Program-made: the position numbers and the translations under genes
The notes under the pieces: generated by a model
What the model was told of the DNA's origin: nothing
The model's database searches: none
The model's input: the letters and a program-made list of their open reading frames with translations, nothing else
Source: Gemmatimonadales bacterium
Lineage (GTDB): Bacteria > Gemmatimonadota > Gemmatimonadetes > Gemmatimonadales > GWC2-71-9
NCBI GenBank assembly: GCA_035637355.1
Contig: DASPXJ010000003.1
Coordinates: 79 to 64,078 of the forward strand
Direction: 5' to 3'
DNA: 64,000 bases
Shown here: piece after piece, positions 11,126 through 19,725 of the stretch
How the letters are laid out: each line of letters begins with the position of its first letter
How positions within the stretch are numbered: the stretch's first letter is position 1

Positions 11126-14100
11126 ATGCCGTATCCGCCTTCCGACCCCAATCAGTCGATCGACGTGCTCGAGAAGCAGCTGCTCGCGACGTGGAAGCAC
11201 GAGCGCCTGTTCACGCGCGTCAGCGACGCCACCCGCTACGGGCCGCCGTTCATCTTCTATGAAGGCCCGCCGACGGCCAACGGGCGGCCGGGGATCCATC
11301 ACGTCTTTTCGCGCACGCTCAAGGACCTGATCTGCCGCTACCACACGATGCTGGGGCAGGGCGTGACGCGCATCGCCGGCTGGGATACGCACGGCCTGCC
11401 CGTCGAGATCGAGGTGGAGAAAGCGCTCAACATCAGCGGCAAGCGGCAGATCGAAGCGTACGGCATCGAGCGCTTCAACAAGCTGTGCCGCGACAGCGTG
11501 TTCAAGTACAAGACCGATTGGGAATCGCTGTCGGACCGGATCGGCTACTGGCTCGACTACGAGCACCCGTACGTCACCTACAGTAACCCGTACATCGAGA
11601 CGGTCTGGTGGCTGCTCAAGCGCCTGCACGAAAAGGCGCTGCTGTACCGCGGTCACAAGGTGCTGCCGTATTGCCCGCGCTGCGGCACCGCGCTGTCGTC
11701 GCACGAGGTGGCGCAAGGCTACGAGACGGTCCAGACCAACTCGGTCTACGTCACCTTCCCGCTGGCGAGCGATACCGCGCGCCAGCTCGTCGTGTGGACG
11801 ACGACCCCCTGGACGCTGCTCGCCAACGTCGCGGTCGCAGCGCATCCCGACATCGCATACGGCGAATGGGAGCTGGACGGCGTGCGCTACATCGCCGCCG
11901 AGCAGCGCGCCGGCGACGTGCACGTGCACGGCAAGCCGCTGGCCCAGCTCCATCGCGTGGCGTCATATCCGGGCCGCGATCTCGTCGGCCAGAAATACAT
12001 CCGGCCGCTGGACCTCGTACCGCTGCCGCCGGAAGGCCAGCGCGCCGTGGTCGTCGCGGGCGGCTTCGTGTCGGCGGACGAGGGGACGGGCCTGGTGCAC
12101 ATGGCGCCGGCGTTCGGCGCCGACGACTACGCGACGGGGCAGCAGTACGGGCTGGCATTCGTCAACCCGGTCGCGCCCGACGGCACGTTCCGCGGCGTGG
12201 GCGACGGCTGGCCGGAGATCGAGGGCAAGCTCGTCACCGACAAGGAAACGAACCGCATCATCATCGAGCGGCTGAAGCAGGACGGCCGCTGGCTCGAAAC
12301 TAGGGCCTATACGCACAGCTATCCGCACTGCTGGCGCTGCGACTCGCCGCTCATCTACTACGCGCGCAGCTCCTGGTTCGTCCGCACCACGGCGGTGAAG
12401 GTGCGGATGCTCGAGATAAACGCCGAAGTGGACTGGCACCCCGCGGAAGTGGGCACGGGGCGCTTCGGCGAGTGGCTCGAGAACAACGTGGACTGGGCAC
12501 TGTCGCGCGATCGCTACTGGGGCACGCCGCTCAACGTGTGGGAGTGCGGTGCGGACCGCGAGCACCGCGAGGTGATCGGGTCCTACGACGAGCTGGCGCA
12601 GCGCTGGGGGAAGGCGCTGCCCGCCGATTTCGATCCCCACAAGCCGTACATCGACGCCTACACCTGGCCCTGCCGCGAATGCGCGGGGACGATGCGGCGC
12701 GTCAGCGAAGTGATCGACGCCTGGTTCGACTCGGGCTCGATGCCGTACGCGCAGTGGCACTATCCGTTCGAGCATCAGGCCGACTTCAAGGCGCACTTCC
12801 CGGCCGACTACATCTGCGAAGGCGTGGACCAGACACGCGGCTGGTTCTATTCGCTGCTCGCGATCGGCGTGACGGCGTTCGACGCGCCGGTCTACAAGCA
12901 CGTCATCGTGAACGAGCACGTGCTCGACGTGCACGGCCAGAAGATGTCCAAGAGCCGCGGCAACGTCGTCGATCCGTGGAAGGTGGTCGGCGAGCACGGC
13001 GCCGACGCGGTGCGGCTCTACCTGCTCGGCCAAAGTCAGGTCTGGCTGCCCAAGCGCTTCGACGAGCGGCAGATCCCGGAGGTCTCGGGGGGGTTCCTGA
13101 ACACGCTGCGCTCGACCTACGACTTCTTCCGCCGCTACGCGCAGGACTGGAGTCCGCCCGCCGAGGAGGAGGCCACGCCGCCGCCGCAACGCCCGGCGGC
13201 GGACCGCTGGCTGCTCGCGCGCCTCGATGAGGTCGTCGCGGCGGTCCGGCACGGGTGGTCCTCCTACGACGTCACCGCCGGCGTTCGCGCGATCATGGAT
13301 TTCGTGGGCGAGGACCTGTCGCGCTGGTACATCCGGCGCAACCGGCCCCGCTTCTGGGCACCCGACCGGGCGACCGATCCCGTGGCGCTCGAAACGCTGC
13401 ATGAGGCGCTCGTGGCCGCCCTCCGGCTGCTCGCCCCGGCGGCCCCCTTTATTGCGGACTGGCTGCACCGGGCCATGACGGGGACGTCCGTTCACCTCGC
13501 CCCGTTCCCCGCCGACCGCGGGCACCGGGAGCCGGAGCTCCTGTCCGCCATGAACACCGTGCGGCGGCTGGCCTCGCTGGCCCGGGCGGCACGGGAATCG
13601 CGTAACCTGAGGGTGCGGCAACCGCTGGCGCGGATGCAACTGGCCGTTCCCGCCGCCGCCCAGGGCCCGGCCTTGTCAGACCTGTTAGATATTCTGGCTG
13701 CCGAAGTCAACGTGAAAGCCGTGCAAGTCGTCGCCTCGGATCATGATCTGGTGCGGCTGCGCGGGAAGGCGAACTTTCGGACCCTTGGCAAACGGTACGG
13801 CAAGGATACGCCGCGCGCCGCCGCCGCCGTTGCGGAGCTGAGCGCGGCCGATCTGCAGACGCTGGAGCAGGGCAGTGCCGTGCGGTCCGACGAATGGGAG
13901 TTCCGGCCGGAAGATGTGACCGTCACGCGCGAAGTCGCGAGTGAGTGGCTGGTGCAGGCCGACGGCCCGTACGTCGTCGCGCTGGATCCGGAGTTGAGCG
14001 AGGACCTGGTGCAGGAAGGATTGGCACGCGAGGTGGTGAATCGCGTGCAGCGCCTCCGCAAGGAGGCGGGATACGAATACACGACGCGCATCGAGTTGAG

Positions 14101-14302
14101 CGTCACCGGCGCCGCAGAGGTGGTCGCCGCGACCCGCGCGTTTCAAGGATTTGTCGAAGGCGAAACGCTGGCCCGCCGGATGCTGCTCGGCGAAGGCGCC
14201 GAGCTCGACGAACCCGACTTGCAGCGTGATGTGGACATCGAAGGGCGCCGGGTCACGATTGGACTGCGGCGTCACGACGGACGAAAGGGCGGAACCAGAT
14301 AA
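11126..14302 (+). CDS. ileS: isoleucine--tRNA ligase
   Basis: 1058 aa. Class I signature PPTANGRPGIHHV and KMSKSRGN, plus an editing-domain region. Confidence 0.95.
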   Translation: MPYPPSDPNQSIDVLEKQLLATWKHERLFTRVSDATRYGPPFIFYEGPPTANGRPGIHHVFSRTLKDLICRYHTMLGQGVTRIAGWDTHGLPVEIEVEKALNISGKRQIEAYGIERFNKLCRDSVFKYKTDWESLSDRIGYWLDYEHPYVTYSNPYIETVWWLLKRLHEKALLYRGHKVLPYCPRCGTALSSHEVAQGYETVQTNSVYVTFPLASDTARQLVVWTTTPWTLLANVAVAAHPDIAYGEWELDGVRYIAAEQRAGDVHVHGKPLAQLHRVASYPGRDLVGQKYIRPLDLVPLPPEGQRAVVVAGGFVSADEGTGLVHMAPAFGADDYATGQQYGLAFVNPVAPDGTFRGVGDGWPEIEGKLVTDKETNRIIIERLKQDGRWLETRAYTHSYPHCWRCDSPLIYYARSSWFVRTTAVKVRMLEINAEVDWHPAEVGTGRFGEWLENNVDWALSRDRYWGTPLNVWECGADREHREVIGSYDELAQRWGKALPADFDPHKPYIDAYTWPCRECAGTMRRVSEVIDAWFDSGSMPYAQWHYPFEHQADFKAHFPADYICEGVDQTRGWFYSLLAIGVTAFDAPVYKHVIVNEHVLDVHGQKMSKSRGNVVDPWKVVGEHGADAVRLYLLGQSQVWLPKRFDERQIPEVSGGFLNTLRSTYDFFRRYAQDWSPPAEEEATPPPQRPAADRWLLARLDEVVAAVRHGWSSYDVTAGVRAIMDFVGEDLSRWYIRRNRPRFWAPDRATDPVALETLHEALVAALRLLAPAAPFIADWLHRAMTGTSVHLAPFPADRGHREPELLSAMNTVRRLASLARAARESRNLRVRQPLARMQLAVPAAAQGPALSDLLDILAAEVNVKAVQVVASDHDLVRLRGKANFRTLGKRYGKDTPRAAAAVAELSAADLQTLEQGSAVRSDEWEFRPEDVTVTREVASEWLVQADGPYVVALDPELSEDLVQEGLAREVVNRVQRLRKEAGYEYTTRIELSVTGAAEVVAATRAFQGFVEGETLARRMLLGEGAELDEPDLQRDVDIEGRRVTIGLRRHDGRKGGTR

Positions 14303-14730
14303 TGCCGACGAAATCGACAAAGCTGAAGGTGAAGGCCAAGAGCGGCCTCAACAAAAAGCAGCTGACGCACCTCGAGAAGCGGTTGCTCGAAGAGCGGGCG
14401 CGCGTGATCAAGGAGCTGGGCCACTACGGCGAGTCGTTCAACTCGAGCCTGCAGGCGTCGGACGGCGATCTCTCCAGCTATTCCTTCCACATGGCCGATC
14501 AGGGCACCGACGCGATGGAGCGCGAGAAGCAGTTCCTGTTCGCGTCGCAGGAAGGGCGCTACCTGTGGCACGTGAACGAGGCGCTGCGCCGGCTGTACAG
14601 CGCGCCCGAGCGCTTCGGGCGCTGCGAGCAGTGCGGCGATCCGATCGGCTTCGACCGCCTCGATGCGCTCCCCCACGCCCGCCTGTGCATCAAGTGCAAG
14701 GCCAAAGAGGAAGATGGTAAGCGCCGCTGA
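14302..14730 (+). CDS. DksA/TraR-family C4 zinc-finger protein (YlyA-like)
   Basis: 142 aa. CEQCGDPIGFDRLDALPHARLCIKC zinc finger. TAATG junction with ileS. Same position as B. subtilis ylyA between ileS and lspA. Confidence 0.8.
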   Translation: MPTKSTKLKVKAKSGLNKKQLTHLEKRLLEERARVIKELGHYGESFNSSLQASDGDLSSYSFHMADQGTDAMEREKQFLFASQEGRYLWHVNEALRRLYSAPERFGRCEQCGDPIGFDRLDALPHARLCIKCKAKEEDGKRR

Positions 14731-15229
14731 GCGCCGCCTCTTCTGGGGCACGGCGGTCGCGGTCGTCGTCGCCGACTTCGCCACCAAGCTGATCGCGGAA
14801 TCATTCCTCGCGCGGCGGCTGCCGCTCGCGGTGCTGGGCGACTTCGTGCAGCTGCGCCTGGTCTACAATGAGGGCGCGGCGTTCGGGCTGCACGTCGGCG
14901 ACAACTCCCGCTGGATCTTCCTCGGCCTCGCCATCATCGCGCTGTTCGTGCTCGCGTCGCTGGTGCGCGGCACGCGGCCGGGCGACCGCTTTCGCCTGCT
15001 CGCGCTGGCGCTCGTGTGCGGCGGTGCCGTCGGCAATCTGATCGACCGGATCCGCAGCGCGCAGGGCGTCGTCGATTTCGTCGACGTCGGCATCGGCGCC
15101 TGGCGCTGGCCCACCTTCAACGTCGCCGACTCCGCGATCACGATCGGGGCGATCGCACTCGGACTATCGCTGTGGCAGGAAGGCCGCGCGCAGCAACGGG
15201 CGAAGGAGGCGCGGGCGGCCGAGCCTTGA
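14714..15229 (+). CDS. lspA: lipoprotein signal peptidase II
   Basis: Start moved to ATG 14714. LVYNEGAAFG, GGAVGNLIDR and FNVADSAI motifs. Four TM segments. Confidence 0.85.
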   Translation: MVSAAERRLFWGTAVAVVVADFATKLIAESFLARRLPLAVLGDFVQLRLVYNEGAAFGLHVGDNSRWIFLGLAIIALFVLASLVRGTRPGDRFRLLALALVCGGAVGNLIDRIRSAQGVVDFVDVGIGAWRWPTFNVADSAITIGAIALGLSLWQEGRAQQRAKEARAAEP

Positions 15230-16242
15230 ACATCGCGTTTTGTGTTGTCGCAGTCAGTACCGAACGTCTCGACAAATTCCTCGCCGACCAGCTCGCGCTT
15301 TCCCGAACCCAAGCCGGACGCCTCATCGCCGACAAGCGGGTACGCGCGCGTGGCAAAGCGCTGCGTGCGTCGGCCGTCCTCGCGCGCGGGCTCGAAGTCA
15401 CCGTCGAGCTGCCTCCCGACGCGCCGCCGCCCCGCACCTACACGCCCGCCCACGCCGACCTGCGCTTCGTCTACGAGGACGAGCATCTCGCCGTACTCGA
15501 CAAGCCGGCGGGCCTGGTCGTCCACCCGGGCCCCGGTCACTGGAACGACACCTTGGTGAACGTGCTGGTGGGGCGGGGGACCGAGCTGTCGGGCGGCGCG
15601 TCCGGGGAAGCGGGCCGTCCCGGGATCGTGCACCGGCTGGATCGTGATACCTCGGGGCTGCTCGTCGTCGCCAAGAGCGATCTGGCGCACCGCCGTCTCG
15701 CCGCCGCGATCGAGCGGCGCCAGGTGAAGCGCGTCTACGCGGCACTCGTGTGGGGCCATCTCCGCAAGAGTCCCGTCGACATCGAGGCGCCCATCGCCCG
15801 CCATCCCAGGGAGCGCAAACGCATGACGGTCGCTGACGGTGGCCGCCATGCGGTGACGCATGCCGCCCTCGTCGCGCGCTTCGCCCATGCCGACTTGTTG
15901 CGCGTGCGGTTGGGCACCGGCCGGACGCACCAGATTCGCGTGCACCTCGCGCACATCGGTTGTCCGATCGTCGGCGACCGCGAGTACACGTTCGGTGGCA
16001 GCCGGCGCGTGACGCCGTCGGCGCGGAACCAAGCCGAGCGGCTCGAGGCGCTGGCACCGCGCCAGTTGCTGCACGCCGCTGCGCTGTCGTTCGCGCATCC
16101 GGTGACCGGTGAGCCGCTCGCGCTGCGGTCGGAATGGCCCGACGATTTGCGTCCCGCGCTGGCGGAAGCGGCCGCCGATGCGAATTTGCTTGCCGAGCGC
16201 AACCCCTTGCAGTATCTTGGCTTCTTCGTATCCGATGAATGA
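15226..16242 (+). CDS. rluD: RluD/RluA-family 23S rRNA pseudouridine synthase
   Basis: S4 domain (ERLDKFLADQL) and catalytic HRLDRDTSGLLVVAK. TTG 15226 is the only in-frame start near the lspA stop. Confidence 0.8.
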   Translation: MNIAFCVVAVSTERLDKFLADQLALSRTQAGRLIADKRVRARGKALRASAVLARGLEVTVELPPDAPPPRTYTPAHADLRFVYEDEHLAVLDKPAGLVVHPGPGHWNDTLVNVLVGRGTELSGGASGEAGRPGIVHRLDRDTSGLLVVAKSDLAHRRLAAAIERRQVKRVYAALVWGHLRKSPVDIEAPIARHPRERKRMTVADGGRHAVTHAALVARFAHADLLRVRLGTGRTHQIRVHLAHIGCPIVGDREYTFGGSRRVTPSARNQAERLEALAPRQLLHAAALSFAHPVTGEPLALRSEWPDDLRPALAEAAADANLLAERNPLQYLGFFVSDE

Positions 16243-16783
16243 AGAAAGTCTCGGCCCCGGCCCCGGCCCCGGCCCCGCCCCCCCCGCACCGCCCGGCCGA
16301 TTGCTCGTGTTCCGTGTGGGAACACTGGCGTGCGCGGCCGAGGTGGATCAGGTGCGGGAGATACTCCCGCGGCTCCCAACGACGCGTATCCCGGGCGCGC
16401 CCCCGGTCGTGGCGGGGCTTGTGAATGTTCGCGGCACACTGGTGACGGTCGTGGAAGGGTGGCGTGCGCTGGGGCAGGTCCCGCCCTCCCCTCCGCCCGG
16501 TCCGGCCGCAGGTTCCCCGTCATCGACACCCGAGGCCGCTGCCGGGTCGACGATTATCCTCGAGGTGGGAAAGGGTGACGAGGACAACGGCGGCAAGAAG
16601 CTGATCGGCTTTATCGTTGACGAGGTGATGGACATGCTGGCGGGGACCGACACGACGTTGGAAGACCGCCAGAGTCTCCCGGGGATCGATCCCGTCCTGG
16701 TCCGCGCGGTGGGGCGGCGCAATGGTGAGCTGTTCATCGTATTGGACGTGCCGGCGCTGTTGGGCCCGGTTCTGACCACTTAA
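16235..16783 (+). CDS. cheW: CheW-like coupling protein with Gly/Pro-rich N-terminus and internal Pro-rich insert
   Basis: LLVFRVGTLACAAEVDQVREIL...VAGLVNVRGTLVTVV...IGFIVDEV CheW fold pattern. ATG 16235 overlaps the rluD end by 8 nt. Confidence 0.75.
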   Translation: MNEESLGPGPGPGPAPPAPPGRLLVFRVGTLACAAEVDQVREILPRLPTTRIPGAPPVVAGLVNVRGTLVTVVEGWRALGQVPPSPPPGPAAGSPSSTPEAAAGSTIILEVGKGDEDNGGKKLIGFIVDEVMDMLAGTDTTLEDRQSLPGIDPVLVRAVGRRNGELFIVLDVPALLGPVLTT

Positions 16784-16793
16784 GGAGCGAGCA

Positions 16794-17156
16794 GTGAGCC
16801 ACACGGTTCTCGTCTGTGACGACGCCATCTTCATGCGCACGATGATCACCGATATCCTGGCCCAGGCCGGATTCGAGGTCGTCGGCGAGGCGGAAACGGG
16901 TAGCCAGGCCGTCGAGAAGTACCGCCAGCTGAAACCGGATCTCGTCACGATGGACATCGTGATGCCCGACATGGGCGGCATCGATGCCGTCCGCGAAATC
17001 GTCAAGCAGGATCCCGACGCCAAGATCCTGATGTGCAGCGCCATGGGGCAGCAGGCGCTGGTCGTCGAGGCGATCCAGGCGGGCGCCAAGGACTTCGTCG
17101 TCAAACCCTTCCAGCCTTCCCGCGTTCTCGAAGCCGTCCAGCGCGTTCTGGGTTAG
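16794..17156 (+). CDS. cheY: CheY-like single-domain response regulator
   Basis: 120 aa. VLVCDDA, DLVTMDIVMPDMGG (phospho-Asp), KDFVVKPF. AAGGAG Shine-Dalgarno upstream. Confidence 0.9.
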   Translation: MSHTVLVCDDAIFMRTMITDILAQAGFEVVGEAETGSQAVEKYRQLKPDLVTMDIVMPDMGGIDAVREIVKQDPDAKILMCSAMGQQALVVEAIQAGAKDFVVKPFQPSRVLEAVQRVLG

Positions 17157-17158
17157 CG

Positions 17159-19090
17159 ATGGATCTGTCGCAGTACGCCGAGCTGTTCCTGGCCGAGAGC
17201 CGCGAGCACTTGAGCGCCTGCAATCAGCTGTTGCTCGAGTGGGAGCGTCATCCCGCCTCGCCCGAGCCAGTCGGCGGCATTTTCCGCGCGGTCCATACCA
17301 TCAAGGGCATGGCGGCGACGATGGGCTACGGCCGCGTGGCCGATCTCGCCCATCGCATGGAGAATCTGCTCGACCATTTGCGTCGCGGCGGCAAGTCGCC
17401 GGGCGAGGACACGCTCCAGCTCCTGTTCCGCGCCACCGACGCGCTCGAGAAAGCGGTCGGGCTCGCGGTCGCGGGGCGGGAACGGGAGCTGGATGTCGCG
17501 GCGATCCTCGCGGATTTGGATCGTGCAGGCGCTAAGGAGCCAACAGCAGCAGTTGCCGCCCCTTCGCCGCCCTCCGCCGCCGCTTCAATCGCCGCCCCAG
17601 TCGGATCCGGACGACTCATCAGCGTTCAGCTTCGGCCAGAGGCGCCGTTGAAGGGCGGCCGCGCCATGTTGATCGTCCGCAAGGTGCAAAGCCTGGGCGT
17701 CATTCAGCGGATGCAGCCGGCGGCCGCGGCATTCGAGTCCGACGACTTCGACGGCCACTTCGTGTTCGAGCTCGAGAGCGCCGCTGGCGCGCGGGACATC
17801 GAGGCGGCGATCCGTTCGATGGGAGACGTCGAGCGCGTGACGGTGGGCGACGAGGAGGAGCACGTCACGCCCGCCGAGAGTGTCGCCGCCGGGGGCGGTG
17901 GATCGGGGGGAGCGGGGGGGGCAGGGGCGGCGGGAGGGCGCGGCAGGCATATCCGCGTCGATCTGCGCCGGCTCGACACGCTCATGGACCTGATCGGCGA
18001 GCTGGTGACCGAGCGTGGCCGCTTGAACGAGCTGGCCGCGCGCTGGGTCGGCCAGGATCCGGCGATCGACGAGGTCGCGATTCAGATCTCGCGCCTCTCC
18101 GCCGATCTCCAAAACGAGATCATTCAGGCGCGCATGACGCCGGTGTGGCAGGTGTTCGACCGTTTTCCACGGCTGGTGCGCGACGTCGCGCGGCAGCTGG
18201 GGAAGCAGGTGGCGTTCCGCGTCGAAGGCAAAGAGATCGAGCTCGACCGGGAGATCCTCGACGAGCTGGGCGATCCGCTCGTGCACCTGCTGCGGAACGC
18301 CGTGGACCATGGCATCGAGCCGCCGGCCGAGCGCAAGCGCGCCAAGAAAAACGCGGAAGGCGAGATCGTCCTCACGGCGGTGCGCGAGCGCTCCAGCGTC
18401 GCGATCAGCATCGCGGACGACGGCCGCGGCATCGATCGCAGCCGCGTTCTGGCCAAAGCGAAGCGCGAAGGCATCGTTGGGCCGCACGTCGAGTCACTCT
18501 CGGACGATCAGCTGCTGCGCGTCCTGGCCCGGCCCGGTTTCTCGACGGCCGAAGCGGTGACCGCCGTGTCGGGGCGCGGCGTCGGGATCGATGTCGCGAT
18601 GACGCGTATCCGCGCGCTCGGCGGCTCGATCGAGATCCGCACCGAGCCGGGGAAGGGGACGACGTTCGTGTTGCGGCTCCCGGTGACGCTGGCGATCGTC
18701 CGTGCCTTGATCGCGGCCGTCGGGTTGGAGCGCTACGCGCTGCCGTTGACCTATGTGGCCGAGACCGTCGAGCTGGGCACGACGCCGATGACCAAGATGG
18801 AAGGGCGCGAGGCGATGGTGCTGCGCGATCGCGTCGTGCCACTCGTTGACCTGCGTCAGCTGCTCGGGACAAACGGCGGCTCGCCGCCGCCGCCCCCCCG
18901 CCGTCCTGTGATTGTGCTCGAGATGGGGGAACGGCGGGCCGGGATCATCGTGGACGGGATGCTGAGCCAGCAGGAAATCGTCGTGAAGGGGTTCGATGCG
19001 CCGCAGGGCACGCTGCCGGTGTTTAGTGGCGCCACGATCATGGGCGATGGCGTGCCGGCGCTGATTCTCGATGCCGCCGGACTCGTGTAG
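17159..19090 (+). CDS. cheA: chemotaxis histidine kinase CheA
   Basis: Hpt site FRAVHTIKGMAATMG, dimerisation region HIRVDLRRLDTLMDLIGELV, HATPase (HLLRNAVDHGIE, DDGRGID, GRGVGID), C-terminal CheW-like domain. Start ATG 17159. Confidence 0.9.
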   Translation: MDLSQYAELFLAESREHLSACNQLLLEWERHPASPEPVGGIFRAVHTIKGMAATMGYGRVADLAHRMENLLDHLRRGGKSPGEDTLQLLFRATDALEKAVGLAVAGRERELDVAAILADLDRAGAKEPTAAVAAPSPPSAAASIAAPVGSGRLISVQLRPEAPLKGGRAMLIVRKVQSLGVIQRMQPAAAAFESDDFDGHFVFELESAAGARDIEAAIRSMGDVERVTVGDEEEHVTPAESVAAGGGGSGGAGGAGAAGGRGRHIRVDLRRLDTLMDLIGELVTERGRLNELAARWVGQDPAIDEVAIQISRLSADLQNEIIQARMTPVWQVFDRFPRLVRDVARQLGKQVAFRVEGKEIELDREILDELGDPLVHLLRNAVDHGIEPPAERKRAKKNAEGEIVLTAVRERSSVAISIADDGRGIDRSRVLAKAKREGIVGPHVESLSDDQLLRVLARPGFSTAEAVTAVSGRGVGIDVAMTRIRALGGSIEIRTEPGKGTTFVLRLPVTLAIVRALIAAVGLERYALPLTYVAETVELGTTPMTKMEGREAMVLRDRVVPLVDLRQLLGTNGGSPPPPPRRPVIVLEMGERRAGIIVDGMLSQQEIVVKGFDAPQGTLPVFSGATIMGDGVPALILDAAGLV

Positions 19091-19101
19091 AGAGGAGCGA
19101 G

Positions 19102-19722
19102 GTGATGGAAGACGTCCGTGATCTCAAAGCGCTGCAGCTCGATGCGCTGAAAGAGGTCGCCAACATCGGCGCGGGCCACGCGGCGACGGCGCTGTCGCAG
19201 CTGACCCACCGTCGCATCATGATCTCGGTGCCCGAGATCAACATCGCGCGGCTCGAGGAAGTGCCCGGGCTGATCGGCGATCCGCAGGAGGTCGTCGCCG
19301 CGGTGCTGATGCACATGCTCGGCGACCTGACGGGGCGGACGCTGCTGCTCTTTCCCGAGCCGGTCGGCCGGCAGCTCTGCGACATGCTGCTCAAGCGCCC
19401 CCTCGGCACGACCCAAACCTTCGAGACGATCGAGCAGTCGTGCCTCAAGGAGGCGGGGAACATCCTCTCGGGCGCGTACATGAACGCGCTGTCGGAGTTC
19501 ATGGGAATGCTGCTGTTGCCGTCGGTGCCCAGCCTCGTGGTGGACCTCTCGGCCGCCGTCCTCACGACCACGTATCTGAACTTCGGGCACGACCGGGACT
19601 TCGTGTTTTGCGTCGAGACGGAGTTCAACATCGATGCTCGGGACGGGCTGCGCGGCCATTTCCTGCTCCTGCCCGATCTGGCGTCTCTCAAAGCGATCTT
19701 CGACGCCATCCGCCTCACCTAA
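19102..19722 (+). CDS. cheC: CheC-type CheY-P phosphatase
   Basis: Two E-x2-N active-site motifs (ALKEVANIGAG and CLKEAGNILSG). 206 aa. Confidence 0.8.
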   Translation: MMEDVRDLKALQLDALKEVANIGAGHAATALSQLTHRRIMISVPEINIARLEEVPGLIGDPQEVVAAVLMHMLGDLTGRTLLLFPEPVGRQLCDMLLKRPLGTTQTFETIEQSCLKEAGNILSGAYMNALSEFMGMLLLPSVPSLVVDLSAAVLTTTYLNFGHDRDFVFCVETEFNIDARDGLRGHFLLLPDLASLKAIFDAIRLT

Positions 19723-19725
19723 CCA

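Noticed and set aside
9917-11953. 678-aa minus-strand ORF, plus similar ORFs at 11963-13639, 22057-23760, 27787-29361, 43776-45122, 50845-52146, 51741-53186, 53298-54227 and 61800-62954
   Set aside because: All are antisense to confidently identified + strand genes (divIVA/PNP/ileS, PATAN-TPR, murD, ftsZ, M23, hisA, rtcB) and have Arg/Gly/Asp/His-rich nonsense composition.
16251-16290. (GGCCCC)x4 hexamer followed by a C8 run at the cheW 5' end, considered as a VNTR or CRISPR-like repeat
   Set aside because: The period is divisible by three and simply encodes a (Gly-Pro)n/Pro-rich N-terminal tail. There are no spacers or unique interspersed sequence. I treat it as a low-complexity coding repeat, although it remains a possible length-variable linker.
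17891-17940. G-rich stretch in cheA, considered as a separate regulatory element
   Set aside because: It encodes the usual flexible Gly/Ala linker (GGGGSGGAGGAGAAGG) before the dimerisation domain and has irregular periodicity. I mention it only as part of the general sense-strand G-tract trend.
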